DNA of 64,000 nucleotides from Malacoraja senta (GCA_038087875.1 JAXLNO010000674.1:62001-126000), one strand, 5' to 3'. Positions 22,450-33,660 are shown, counted from the first letter of the stretch. Numbers and translations are program-made. The notes: a model not told the origin generated them from the sequence alone.

Positions 22450-23477
22450 TTCTGAGTTGTGTGGAACTCTGCCAACACGTCTGAGCGGGAAGAAAAGCGC
22501 CCTGCAAGTGAAAACGAAAGCACTTACCTTATCCGATTTTTACTTATGTTGCTTTTACTCACCGCCTGGAGGAGCTGCTGCTCCTCCACACACGGTCATG
22601 AACGCTATGCGTCTGATCGATAATGACGCGTGTGCGGCTGGACGGGGCTTCTTCACGTAGTCACTCACGTTGTATCTATATAGCGATCCTGCTGCGAAAT
22701 TGTTGTCGAAAGTTGTATTTTATTGCAAAGTGGGAATTGGAAGATAGGGACAGAGATGCTACAGAGATTTTGATAGGAAGGAAACGTTACAGCAGCTGAG
22801 TAAAAGATTAGTCAAATGGTAGGTTCAATGAAGATCGGGCGAGGGGGATTGGGGGTGGGGGAAAAGTATCTATAACTTGGGACTTGCCTAAATGAGTACC
22901 GAGATGGATTATCATTCCACACCAAATTTCTTAGACAATAATACATTTTATGCAATTATCACAACATTTTGTTGGATATGGATCAACCTATGGTACATGC
23001 TCGTAAATTAGTAAAACAAATGTTCTTTAAGTACTGTTGTTTCTGGGATGGGGTGACTGATGACAAATAACCTACATTCTATATTTTGTCATAATGTGGC
23101 TGAAGCAATGGCATATTTTGTGATATTTATTGAGATAGAAAGATACAACTGAGTTTGGGCAAGATATTACCTTGCAACATTCTGTATGTCTGATAGATAT
23201 TGTGAAATGGAACAGAAATTATGGGAGGATTACATAAAACTACAATTCAAAGGTAATGTATATACAGATTATTCTTATTTCCATCATGAACATACAATAG
23301 TGATATAGGACACCAGGTTCTACTACGGTAAACTCACGAGCTACTACGGTATGACTACGTGTTAAAAAGCATACATTTTTTACATCCTGAGTATATTTTA
23401 CATGTGGACATTTTTCAACATGTTGAAAAATCTTCACGAGTTACCACGTTTCCCGAGTACCTGCCGTTAGCGCTAAG

Positions 23478-24856
23478 AAATGGCATGTTGGCCTTTATAA
23501 CAGGAGGAATCGAATATAGGAGCAAAGAGGTCCTTCTGGATAGCAGTAACAGGATGGATTTACGAAGGGGAAATCTTGCTTGACTAATCTTCTGGAATTT
23601 TTTGAGGATGTAACTAGGAAAATGGACAAGGGAGAGTCAATGGATGTAGTGCACCTGGACTTTCAGAAAGCATTTGATAAGGTCCCACATAGGAGATTAG
23701 TGGGCAAAATTAGGGCACATGGTATTGGGGTAAAGTGCTGACATGGATAGAAAATTGGTTGGCAGACAGGAAACAAAGAGTACGGATTAACAGGTCCCTT
23801 TCAGAATGGCAGGCTGTTACCAGTGGGGTACCGCAAGGCTCGGTGCTGGGACTGCAGCTATTTACAATATACATCAATGATTTTGATGAAGGGATTCAAA
23901 GTAACATTATCAAATTTGCAGATGACACAAAGCTGGGTGGCAGTGTGAACTGTGAGGAGGATGCTATGAGAATGCAGGGTGACTTGGACAGGTTGGGGGA
24001 GTGGGCAGATGCATGGCAGATGAAGTTTAATGCGGATAAATGTGATGTTATCCACTTTGGTATTAAAACCAGGAAGGCAGATTACTATCTAAATGGTGTC
24101 AAGTTTGGAAAAGGGGAAGTACAACGGGATCTGGGGGTCCTTGTTCATCAGTCTATGAAAGTAAGCATGCAGGTACAGCAGGCAGTGAAGAAAGCGAATG
24201 GCATGTTGGCCTTTATAACAAGAGGAGTCGAGTATAGGAGCAAAGAGGTCCTTCTGCAGTTGTACTGAGCCCTAGTGAGACCACACCTGGAGTATTGTGT
24301 GCAGTTTTGGTCCCCTAATTTGAGGAAGGACATTCTTGCTATTGAGGGAGTGCAGCGTAGGTTTACAAGGTTAATTCCCGGGATGGTGGGACTGTCATAT
24401 GCTGAGAGAATGGAGCAGCTTGGCTTGTAGACTCTTGAGTTTAGAAGGATGAGAGGGCATCTCATTGAAACATATAAGATTTGTTAAGGGGTTGGACACG
24501 CTACAGGCAGGAAACATGTTCCCGATGTTGGGGGAGTCCAGAACCAGGGGCCACAGTTTAAGAATAAGGAGTAAGTCATTTAGAACGGGGACAAGGAAAC
24601 ACTTTTTCTCACAGAGAGTGGTGAGTGTGGAATTCTCTGCCTCAGAGGGCGGTGGAGGCCGGTTCTCTGGATGCTTTCAAGAGAGAGCTGGATGTTTTCA
24701 AGATAGGGCTCTTAAAGATAGCTGAGTCAGGGGATATGGGGAGAAGGCAGGAATGGGGTATTGATTGTGGATGATCAGCCATGTTCACATTGAATGGCGG
24801 TGCTGGCTCGAAGGGCCATATGGCCTGCTCCTGAACCTATTGTTTATTGTCTATTG
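23478..24856 (+). mobile_element. CR1 (HER1-like) LINE, 5'-truncated
   Basis: LDFQKAFDKVPH region, SGVPQGSVLG, KFADDTKLG (ORF 23735-24268), typical 3' end. Confidence 0.95.
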
Positions 24857-25554
24857 AAACGTCCCGAGCTCCGACGTACCCGCTACGTTCATTCTACGTG
24901 TTTACCACGAGTTTTGATTTGTTTTTAAACTCGGGAGAGCTCTTGGGTGAACTCGCACAGTAGGACAGGGCTTCACATCCGCTGAGTTTCTCCAGCATTT
25001 TTGTCCATCTTCGAATTTCCAGCATCTACAGTTCCTTCTTAGACATTGTGCGGTGATGGCTGCATCTGCGGTTCCTTTCTGTTGGGGGGAGGGGGGGGGG
25101 TCGGAGAGTCCTGGCCCGTGGCGGCTCCTGATAAGTGATATGTTCCCTCTGCAGGTGCTGCCTTGCCCGCTGAGTTCCTCCAGCACTCTGTGTTTTTTGT
25201 TTGGCTCTGAAGTTGAAGGTGGACCCCCCTGTGTCTACCTTCAACTCCCTGTCTGGTGTGGCTCAGCGGGACGGGCAGGGGCTCTGGGGAGAGGGTTGCG
25301 GTTCTGGTTGAGATCCTTCTTTAGACAATCACAAGTACTCTCACCGACGAGAGTTCAGTTCAGTCTGAAGAAGGGTCTTCTCTCCAGAGTCGCTGCGCTG
25401 CCTGTCCTGCTGAGCTACTCCAGCTTTTGTCTATCTCCAATTTCAGAGTTAGAGAAAATTGCAGACTTGATTCTTAAAATCTCAAAATTTTGTAACGTTG
25501 CTGGAAAATGTACCCGCATCTTGGAGGCCGAAGGTTAGGTTATTAGCCAAGAAA

Positions 25555-25628
25555 GATAGACTTCGTTATCCCTCAGTACAGCAACATCAAGAACGATGTT
25601 GTTGTACTGAGGGATAGCCAAGTCTATC
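25555..25628. other. 74-nt near-perfect hairpin
   Basis: 34-bp arms 25555-25588 and 25595-25628, loop AAGAAC, one C-C mismatch and two G-T pairs. Confidence 0.85.
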
Positions 25629-25709
25629 CCTCATTGCTAGCAGCTGATGGGAAGCGGCTGTAAATTGGGAAGCGGCTGTAAAAGGACAGCGCTGCTGGGG
25701 GGGGGGAAG

Positions 25710-26193
25710 AGAGTTCATTTCACAGCGTGTGGGTAGTCTGTCCAGGGGTAAAGTTGCGGGGAGGGCAGGAGGTTTGAGAAGGAGGGGTCGGCCGGGGATC
25801 ATCCAGCTCAAGAGCGGGTCAGCGGGCGATGGGTAACAGGACAGCGGGCGGTGGAGCTTACTCCATATGTCAGTGCGAGTAACCTCAATTGATCCCTTGT
25901 TCGCGCTGACACAGGAGTAAGCTTCAACGCCCGCTGTGATGTTATCCATCACCCGCTGACCACTCCGCTCTATGATCTTTGCTCTTGAGCTGGTCCCCTC
26001 ACTGTTCAGACGGAGAGCACTGCCAGAGGTGAGCGGGCCTCCACGGCCACAATGCGGTGCCTCCGCGCCCGGAGCGCCGCAGTAGCGGTGAGTGAGTGTT
26101 ACTGGCATCAACCCGACCCGCTCCTTCTCAACGCTCCTTCCCTCCTCGCAACTTTACCCCTGGCTAGACCCCACACGCTGTGAAAGGAACTCT
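25710..26193. repeat. Long imperfect fold-back (nested inverted repeats)
   Basis: 25710-25795 pairs with 26113-26193; 25800-25880 pairs with 25898-25997; unpaired insert about 25998-26110. Confidence 0.85.
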
Positions 26194-26265
26194 CCCCCGA
26201 ATTGTCATGTTACTCACGGCCCGTGACTCATTTATAATTATTTATTTATATTTCTACGAAAAAAT

Positions 26266-26303
26266 TTCCCAATTGGGCCCCGCACCTCCTAAGGCCTGCC
26301 CTG
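26266..26303 (-). mobile_element. Solitary hAT terminus of the same family as 2980
   Basis: tcccaattgggccccgcacctcctaaggcctgccctg is the inverse of 2980-3016 with one mismatch. Confidence 0.75.
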
Positions 26304-26594
26304 CTTCTACCCATGGGCCATCGATGTAACGTGGCTGAGAGATGGTGAGGGGGTCCACGAGTCTGAATCCAGTGATCTGTTGCCCAATTGGGATGGGACT
26401 TACCAGCTGAAGAATACAATTCAACTGAGTAGAGAAGATGTGGCAAAATTCTCCTGTAACATCGAACATGCAACTCTGCTGCAGGGAGTCAATGTTCCAC
26501 AGGGTAAGTGGCAAGTCAATGAGTCTGATCACTTGAGACAATAAACCTCCTGGACTGAGATAACATCCTCAATACACTCTTAACTAAGCTGTGC

Positions 26595-27245
26595 ATTTAG
26601 ACTTTATACTTTAGAGATATGGTGCAGATACAGGCCCCTCAGCTCACTGAGTCCTTGCCGAACAGTGATCATCCCGTACATTTACACTAACCAACACACT
26701 GGGGACAATTTACAATTTTACCTAAGCCAAGTAACCTACAAGCCTGTATGTCTTTGTAGTGTGGGAGGAAACCGAAGCACCCGGAGAAAACCCACGCAGT
26801 CACAGGGAGAACATACAATGTCCTTGCAGACAGCACCTGTAGTCAGTATCAAACCCAGGTCTCTGGTGCAGTAAGGCAGCAGCTCTATCGCTACGCCACT
26901 GTGCCGCCCATTAATAATTTGTGGTTATCTAATTGAGCAGAATTATTGATAGTCAATGGAATGTGGTTTTAGTTTAAGAGATACAGCGCAGAAACCGGCC
27001 CTTCAGCCCACTGAGTCTGCGTCAACCAGCGATCCCTGCACACTTACATTATCTTACTTATTAGGGGACAATTTACAATTATACCAAGCCAATTAACCTA
27101 CAAACCTGTATGTCTTTGGACTGAGGGAGGAAACCGGAGATCCAGGCAAAACCCACGCAAGTCCCGGGGAGAAGGTACAAAACTCTGTACAGACGGGACC
27201 CGTAGTCAGAATTGAACCGGGTCTCTGGCGCTGTAAGGCAGCAGT
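26595..27245 (-). mobile_element. Two adjacent HE1-like V-SINEs (26595-26909 and 26968-27245)
   Basis: Each has a tRNA-like head, V-domain and CR1-type tail. Confidence 0.85.
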
Positions 27246-27254
27246 TCCACCGAG

Positions 27255-27714
27255 TGGGCAAAGCAGAGCCAAATGGAATACAGTGTAGCAAGTGTCTGGT
27301 TTTACATTTTGGCAGTCGGAATAAAGACATAGACTATTTACTAAATGGGGAGAGAATTCAGAAATCTGAGCTCCAAAGTGAGAGTACTAGTGCAGGATTC
27401 CCAAATAGTTCATTTGAAGATTGAGTCGGTGGTAAGTAAGGCAAATGCAATGCCAGCATTCATTTCGGGGGGCCTAGAATATAAAAACAATGATATAACG
27501 CTGAGGATTTATCGGGCACTGGTGAGGACACATTTGGAATATTGTGAGCAGTTTTGGGCTCCATATTAGAAAGGATGTGCTGGCTTTGGAGAGGGTCCAG
27601 AGGATGTATGTCCTGGGGATGATTGATTTAACGTATGAGGAATGTTTCAAGTCTCTGTGCCTGTGCTCGTGGGATTTAGAAGGATGAGGTGGGAATCTCA
27701 TTGAAACCTACCAA
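27255..27714 (+). mobile_element. Decayed CR1 fragment
   Basis: ALVRTHLEYCEQFWAPY in ORF 27345-27569. Confidence 0.85.
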
Positions 27715-27775
27715 CAGAGCCGGATTTAGATGGAGAGGCCCTAAGCTGTTCCACTTATGAGCCCCCCCAATCCCC
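27715..27775 (+). mobile_element. Possible hAT-type left terminus
   Basis: CAGAGCCGGATTTAGA...GAGGCCCTAAGC resembles CAGGGCCGG-type ends; no partner found. Confidence 0.35.
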
Positions 27776-28041
27776 CACCCCCACGACCAGAGGAAGATGG
27801 TCCACCAGATTGACACCGATTTGCAGCCGGGCATGGCCAATCAGATAAGGGGCTGGAAAGCTGGGCTTTATTTATTTATTTATTTATTGCCTGTGCTAGT
27901 TTTGAGTTATTGGCTTAAAACACTATTATTCTGAAATGGAGGGCAAGGAAAATTACTGAAGGGTTGTTTAGAGACTACAGTGCGTTGTGACAGCATATGT
28001 AAGAAAGGCCTAGGACAGTGTCAAAAATACTATACACCTTG

Positions 28042-29011
28042 CAGGGCTCTCACTTAATTATTTTTCTCTGTTGTCAGCCGGGCAACCTTGGCAACTTTTT
28101 AAGTTGCCAAATGACAGTTTAGGTGGTTATTTAAGACGGCTTGCATGACATGTGCGATAATGTGCTCGGACGAAGTGCGTAGTTACCAGTCGGAATTATG
28201 CTCAATGAAGCATTCACCTATTATTTCTGCTTCAAATAAAGCCTCAAACAAAACATATTCACCAATTAGGACATGATATATACCACAATGACATGCAGCA
28301 AAATTATAATACTCTTTTTACACGTTGCAATGAAAGCAATTTCTATTATTTCTTTCCACTTCCAAACAAAAATGTGGTTGGATTATTCAGCGTATGATCA
28401 ACCTTGGTGAGACCAAGCGCAGGCTTGGCGATTGCTTCGCACAACACCTCCACTCAGTTCGCAATAACCAACCTGATCTCCCGGTGACTCAACACTTCAA
28501 CTCCCCCTCCCATTACGAATCCGGCCTTTCTGTCCTGGGCCTCCTCCATGGCCAGAGTGAGGCCCACCGCATATTGGAGGGGCAGCACCTCATATTTGCT
28601 TGGGTAGTTTATACCCCAGCGCTATGCACATCGGCTTCTCTAATTTCAGGTAGTCCTTGCTTTCTCCCTCCTTCCCCTCCCATTCCCAGCTCTCCCACAG
28701 CCTACTGTCTCCGCCTCTTCCTTTCTTTTTCATGTCATCCCCCCCCCCGACATCAATCTGAAGAAGGGTCTCGACCCGAAACGTCGTCTATTCCTTCGCT
28801 CCACAGATGCTGCCTTACCCGCTGATTTTCTACAGCTTTTTTGTCCACCAATGGGATTCCACCACTGCCCACATCTTCCCATCTCCTCCCCTGTTGGCTT
28901 TCCGTAGAGACCGCTCCCTCCGTAACTCCCTGGTCAATTCGTCCCTTCCCACCCAAACCACCCCCTCTCCTTGCACTTTCCCTTGCAACTGCAGGAAATG
29001 CTACACTTGTC
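28042..29011 (+). mobile_element. Composite unit copy 2: hAT-like left end plus two PLE fragments
   Basis: Colinear with 3059-4031; ORF 28394-28825 GETKRRLGDCFAQHL...HFNSPSH. Confidence 0.8.
28758..28785 (+). ncRNA. Minimal hammerhead ribozyme motif, best copy in the window
   Basis: CTGAAGA-A-GGGT-CTCG-ACCC-GAAA-C-GTC; predicted cleavage after 28785. Confidence 0.8.
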
Positions 29012-29049
29012 CTTTTAATTAAGTTCAAGACTATGGGGCTGTACATTGG

Positions 29050-29310
29050 CCATAAAGTTGCTGCCTAAAAGTGCCAGAGACCTGGAATTGATCCTGAATA
29101 TGGGTGTTGTCTGTATGGAGTTTGCTCCTTTTCCCTTTGATCGCATGGGTTTTCTTCGTGTGCTCTTGTTTCCTTCCACATTCCAAAGGTGTGCAGGAAC
29201 CTATTTCAGACCCAACCCAAAACGTTATATTTTCCTTTTGTCCAGAGATTCTGTCTGACCTGTTGAGTTACTCCTGCTTTTTGTGTCTATCTTCAGTTTA
29301 AACCAGCATC
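29050..29310 (+). mobile_element. Partial V-SINE joined to a PLE tail remnant
   Basis: aagttgctgcctaaaagtgccagagacc head, V-domain to about 29200, then aaaacgtt...tgagttactcc...ccagcatc. Confidence 0.6.
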
Positions 29311-29423
29311 TTATGCCACCCTTAACTCACTCATCCAAATGTAGGGACAGTGGAAGCAAGATAGGCTGATCGTGGCCAAGGTGTGTGCGTGTGCGTGCAT
29401 GCGTGACAAACCGACTCTCCTTA

Positions 29424-29960
29424 AGGCTCTGTCTCACGGTCTTGCGGTCATCGGCGGGGAAGCGCGTCGTCGCCGGTAGAGGGGACCGCACGGCAACGGC
29501 GACAGCGCCGAGCCTATGCCACGGGAGCTCCGCACGGGTGCTGCACGGGGGCCGAGTGATTTAAGTGCGGCTGGTCCCAGGAGCTTGCGGTAAGTAAAAC
29601 AAAAAGGGTGGGCCAACTACGATGACGTCATTTCGGATCTGCGGGGCTGTGGCAGCGGCCGTGCTGATCGCGGCGCTGTGGCGGCGGCCGTGCCGCACAC
29701 GTGCCTCACTGGCGGAGGCTGTGGCGGCGGTCGTGCCTCACTGGCGGAGGCTGTGGCGGTGCAAGTTCGACGCACGGCACTCGTGCCACACTGGCGGCGG
29801 CTGTGACGGCGGCCGTGCTGCACTCGTGCCTCACTGGTGGAGGCTGTGCGGTAGGAAACGTTTTTTGAACAGTTGGTTTTATTTTAGCACCGTCTATGGC
29901 GGCCCAGGAGCGGTAGATTCTTCCTGTTTCGCCGCCAATGACCGCAGACTTGTGAGGCAG
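29424..29960 (+). mobile_element. Harbinger-like left end with GC-rich internal tandem repeats, truncated
   Basis: TTA then AGGCTCTGTCTCACGG, similar to the AGGGCCTGTCCCAC termini; repeated cgtgcctcactggcggaggctgtggcgg units at 29640-29850. Confidence 0.5.
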
Positions 29961-31135
29961 GCCTTTAAATCTTCTCAGGAAGTAGAGGCGCTGATGTGCT
30001 TTCTTATAGTAGCATCAGTGTTCTCGGACCAGGAAAGATCTTTAGAGGTGTGCACGCCCAGAAATTTAAAGCTCTTGACCATTTCAACCATCGACCCGTT
30101 GATATAAACGGGACTGTGGGTCCCCATCCTACTCCTTCCAAAGTCCACAATCAGTTCCTTGTTTTTGCTGGTGTTGAGGGCCAGGTTATTGTGCTGGCAC
30201 CATATGGACAGTTGCTCGATCTCTCTTCTTTACTCGGACTCATCCCCATCAGTGGTACGTCCCACAACAGTGGTGTCGTCAGCGAACCTGATGATCGAGT
30301 TCGCACTATGACCGGCTACGCAGTCATGAGTATAGAGTGAGTACAGCAGGGGGCTGAGCACGCAGCATTGAGGTGCTCCCGTGCTGATTGTTATCGAGTC
30401 TGACACATTTCCACCAATACGAACAGACTGGTCTGAGAATGGGGAAGTCGAGGATCCAATTGCAGAGGGATGCACAGATACCCAGTTCTGCGAGTTTGGT
30501 AACCAGCTTGGAGGGGATGATTGTATTAAATGCCGAGCTGTAATCGATGAATAACAGCCTGACATATGAGTTTTTGTTGTCCAAGTGGTCCATAGCGGAG
30601 TGGAGGGCCAGCAAGATCGCATCCACCGTTGATCTGTTGTGGCGTTAAGCGATCTGCAGTGGGTTCAGGTTTTTGTCGAGGTAGGAGTTGATTTGCACCA
30701 TGATCAACCTCTCAAAGCACTTCATCACCACAGGCGTTAGTGCCACAGGTCGATAGTCATTGAGGCACGTCACCTTGCTCTTCTTGGGCACTGGTATGAT
30801 TGATGCCCTTTTGAAGTAGGTGGGAACCTCAGACCTCAGAAGTGAGAGGTTGAAAATGTCCGTAAAAACTCCAGCCAGATGGTCCGCACAGGTTTTTCGA
30901 ACACGACCAGGTATGCCATCAGGTCCAGGCGCTTTTCGAGGGTTCACCCCTCTGAAGGATTTCCTGACGTCGGCCTCTGTGACTGAGACTGAAATACCAT
31001 CACAGCGAATGGGAGCTCGGGAAGGCACATCGGTGTTCTCCCTATCAAAGCGTGCGTAAAACGCATTGTGTTCATCAGGGAGTGCTGTTTCGCCGACATT
31101 CGAGCTGCCTCTTGATTTCGCTTTGTAGGAGGAAA
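29960..31135 (-). mobile_element. Rex1/Babar LINE RT fragment
   Basis: KAPGPDGIPG, NDYRPVALTPVVMKCFERL, LFIDYSSAFNTI, FADDTTVVG in ORFs 30230-31196. Confidence 0.92.
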
Positions 31136-31524
31136 TCATTGAAATATCAGCAAAGTTTAAAACCTTTGAAGTTTTATCAACTATAAATGGGTTCACTTTT
31201 ATTTGCTATAATAACAATCGTCAACATAAGAAAATAGCCTTGTTGATCTCTACACTGCAAAGTCATTTATTTCTGACGTACTTGATTCTTTAAATTCTTA
31301 ATTAAATGCTGCAGATAAAATCTCAACGCCTCAATGCTAATATGAACTTAATGATTTTTCATTGATCATTTTAAGCACATCCATCCTCTGTATAAATACA
31401 TAAACCTAAAACTTTATTACTTTGTAATTAGATGTGAACAGTGCTAGTTTAATTTAGATAATAAAATCATTACAAAGTTGTTATTGATCAATAAATGTTT
31501 AAAATGCACTCTATATGCCAACAG

Positions 31525-31754
31525 AGAGGGCAGCGAAAGAAGATATAAAGATTAGGATCGTGACTGGAGCTGAAATCGTTCCTCTCATTCTCCTGGGGAT
31601 CATCCTTGGAATTGGTTGCTGGAAGAAGAGGAAAAAGATAAAACCTTTCAATGAACAGGGACCAGCTGACAACAACAGAGACCAGGAGAGGACTGCAGTG
31701 ACCATGAAGCACAACCAGCTTCCGTTGGGATGCAGAGGAGGTCTACCAGAATGA
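31525..31754 (+). CDS. Candidate terminal exon encoding a transmembrane helix and cytoplasmic tail
   Basis: Acceptor ccaacag|AG in phase 1; IVTGAEIVPLILLGIILGIGCW followed by KKRKK and about 45 polar residues to TGA; non-repetitive sequence. Confidence 0.4.
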
Positions 31755-31779
31755 TGCCTGGATTAGTGGGGTATTAGCC

Positions 31780-32215
31780 ACAGGGAGAAGTTGGACAGAC
31801 TGGACAGTTGGATTGTTTTCTCTGGAATGTCGGGGATTGAGGGAAGACCTGACAGTAATATATCAAACTGGGAGGAGTAGCGATAGGGTAGACCATCCGA
31901 CTTTTTACCCAGGAAGGAAATATCAAATAAGAGCAGGTATAGCTTTACAATGAGTGGCAAAATTTAAAAAAGACGTGCAGGACAAGTGTTTTACGCCAAG
32001 GGTGGTGAGTGACTGGAATGTGCTGCCGGGGGTGGTGGTGGAAGCAGATATGATAGTGGCATTTAAGAGACTTTTAGATAGGCACATGTATATGCAGGGT
32101 ATGGATGGATATGGATTATGTTCAAGCAGATAACAATTGGTCTTGGCATCATGTTCGGCACAAACATTGTGGGTCAAAGGGCCTGTTCTTGTGCTGTACT
32201 GTTCTATGTTCTATG
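31780..32215 (+). mobile_element. Decayed CR1 3' fragment
   Basis: ttttacgccaagggtggtgagtgactggaatgtgctgcc...gggtcaaagggcctgttcttgtgctgtactgttctatgttctatg. Confidence 0.85.
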
Positions 32216-33037
32216 CTCTTTATTCTATCAATGCTGACTGATGACTTTACATTCAGCCATTAATTTTTCAAGTGCTGTCTTCACTGCAGTTACCCTGTGA
32301 TTCCAAAGTCATACATTGCGCCACATTTTGGAATAAAAGGTCACCTATTTGACTGATTGATACTTTATTATCACATGTGTCATGTCACAGTGAGATTCTT
32401 TGCTTTGCATAACATACACAAGGTATAGAAAGAGTCACCATGTATAGGGTGCCGACAGTTACAAAGTAATCATTACAGTCCCCAATGGTCCCTCTTTGTT
32501 CTCGGCAGCCCCTCCATGTTGGGTTCACCTGTGTTATCTGCGCCCCCCCCCCAATTCCAGGACGCTCTTTGTTATCTTTGTTCTCGGCAGTCCTCCCATG
32601 TTGGGTCCCTCTTTAAAATAGTTACGAAGAAGATTTATTTTCCAGGAGGTGTATGATTTGCCTGAGCTTTCTATTCCAGCTGTGAAGATAAGGTGCATGG
32701 GTATTTTCCAGGTTGAGATATAGAGAGTTTTAGATCAGAAATGAATCAAAGGTAGCAGGAATAATGCAGTAAACTGATCAAAATCAGATTGGACATAATA
32801 TTATTGAATGATGCAGTCTGTTCAAGGGGGCTTACAGCTGATTACTAATCTTATTTTATATAAAACATAAAAATATTCATCTCAGGAAGAGGCCCTTTGG
32901 CCCACAATGTATGTGGTGAACATGATGAGATGCTAAACTGATCCCATCCAACTGCAACATGATCCATATCCCTCTATTTCCTGTAGCTCAGTTTGTCGAT
33001 CTAAAAGCCTCTCAAATATCATATACATATCTTGCCA

Positions 33038-33220
33038 GAGATAGACACAAAAAGCTGGAGAAACTCACCGGGTCAGTCAGCATCTCTGGATACAAGACAT
33101 AGGTGACATTTCGGGATGAGACCCTTGTTCAGACTCCAGAAATGCTGTTTGACCCGCTGAGTCACTTCCGCTTTTTGACTCCATCTTCGGGTTAAACCTG
33201 CATCTGCAGTTCGTTCCTAG
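33038..33220. mobile_element. Fold-back pair of PLE terminal repeats with degenerate hammerhead (33105-33132, minus)
   Basis: Minus-orientation tail 33038-33135 directly followed by plus-orientation tail 33136-33220. Confidence 0.7.
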
Positions 33221-33414
33221 TTATTTTGCCACTTCTCTTTGTCACATACTGTAACCTGCATTCCTTGTTCACATACCTGATGGTGTAGTGGAGAAGTAAT
33301 TGCCTTTGCATTTAATGCTTCACTCAGTGCTTCAAGTATTTGATGGGCCATTCAACAAGGATCTTTGTTTTCAATACGAACCATGCTCTACACCACAGCT
33401 TACATAATATTGCT

Positions 33415-33660
33415 TAGTTTAGTTGAGTGATACAGCATGGATGCAGAGCCTTCAGCTCATCGAGTTGATACCAACCATCCTGCACACCAGTTCTATGTTA
33501 TCCCTCTTTCACATCCTCTTTCGATACACTAGGGCAATTTTACAAAGGCCAACTAACCTACAAACCTGTACATCATTAAGATGTGCGAGGAAACCAGAGC
33601 ACCGGGAGAAATCCCACGTGGTCACAGGGAGAACATGCAAACTCCACATAGACAACATCC
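33415..33660 (-). mobile_element. HE1-like V-SINE, partial
   Basis: V-domain and CR1-type tail on the minus strand. Confidence 0.75.

Larger units (their letters stand above)
17560..22670 (-). mobile_element. DIRS1-type tyrosine-recombinase retrotransposon (copy 1), nearly complete, about 16 bp lost at the 5' end
   Basis: ORF1/gag, RT, RNase H, MT and YR domains in order; perfect 78-bp inverted repeat 17560-17637/17784-17861; 17632-17667 inverse of 22624-22659; 17877-17896 inverse of 22651-22670 (ICR). Confidence 0.97.
16981..24972. mobile_element. PIF/Harbinger-like non-autonomous element, 3-bp TSD TCA, carrying nested DIRS and CR1
   Basis: AGCCCTGTCCCACTGTGCGAGTTCAC at 16981 and its inverse ending at 24972; TCA on both sides; the interrupted PLE tail rejoins across it; 23300-23475 plus 24857-24972 match the MITE family at 36596 and 52004. 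Confidence 0.75.

Noticed and set aside
2980-26303. Pairing the hAT end at 2980 with the end at 26303 as one 23-kb element
   Set aside because: Both are the same type of end and the flanks differ (AATACACC vs CTTCTACC); the 11892 end supplies the matching TSD.
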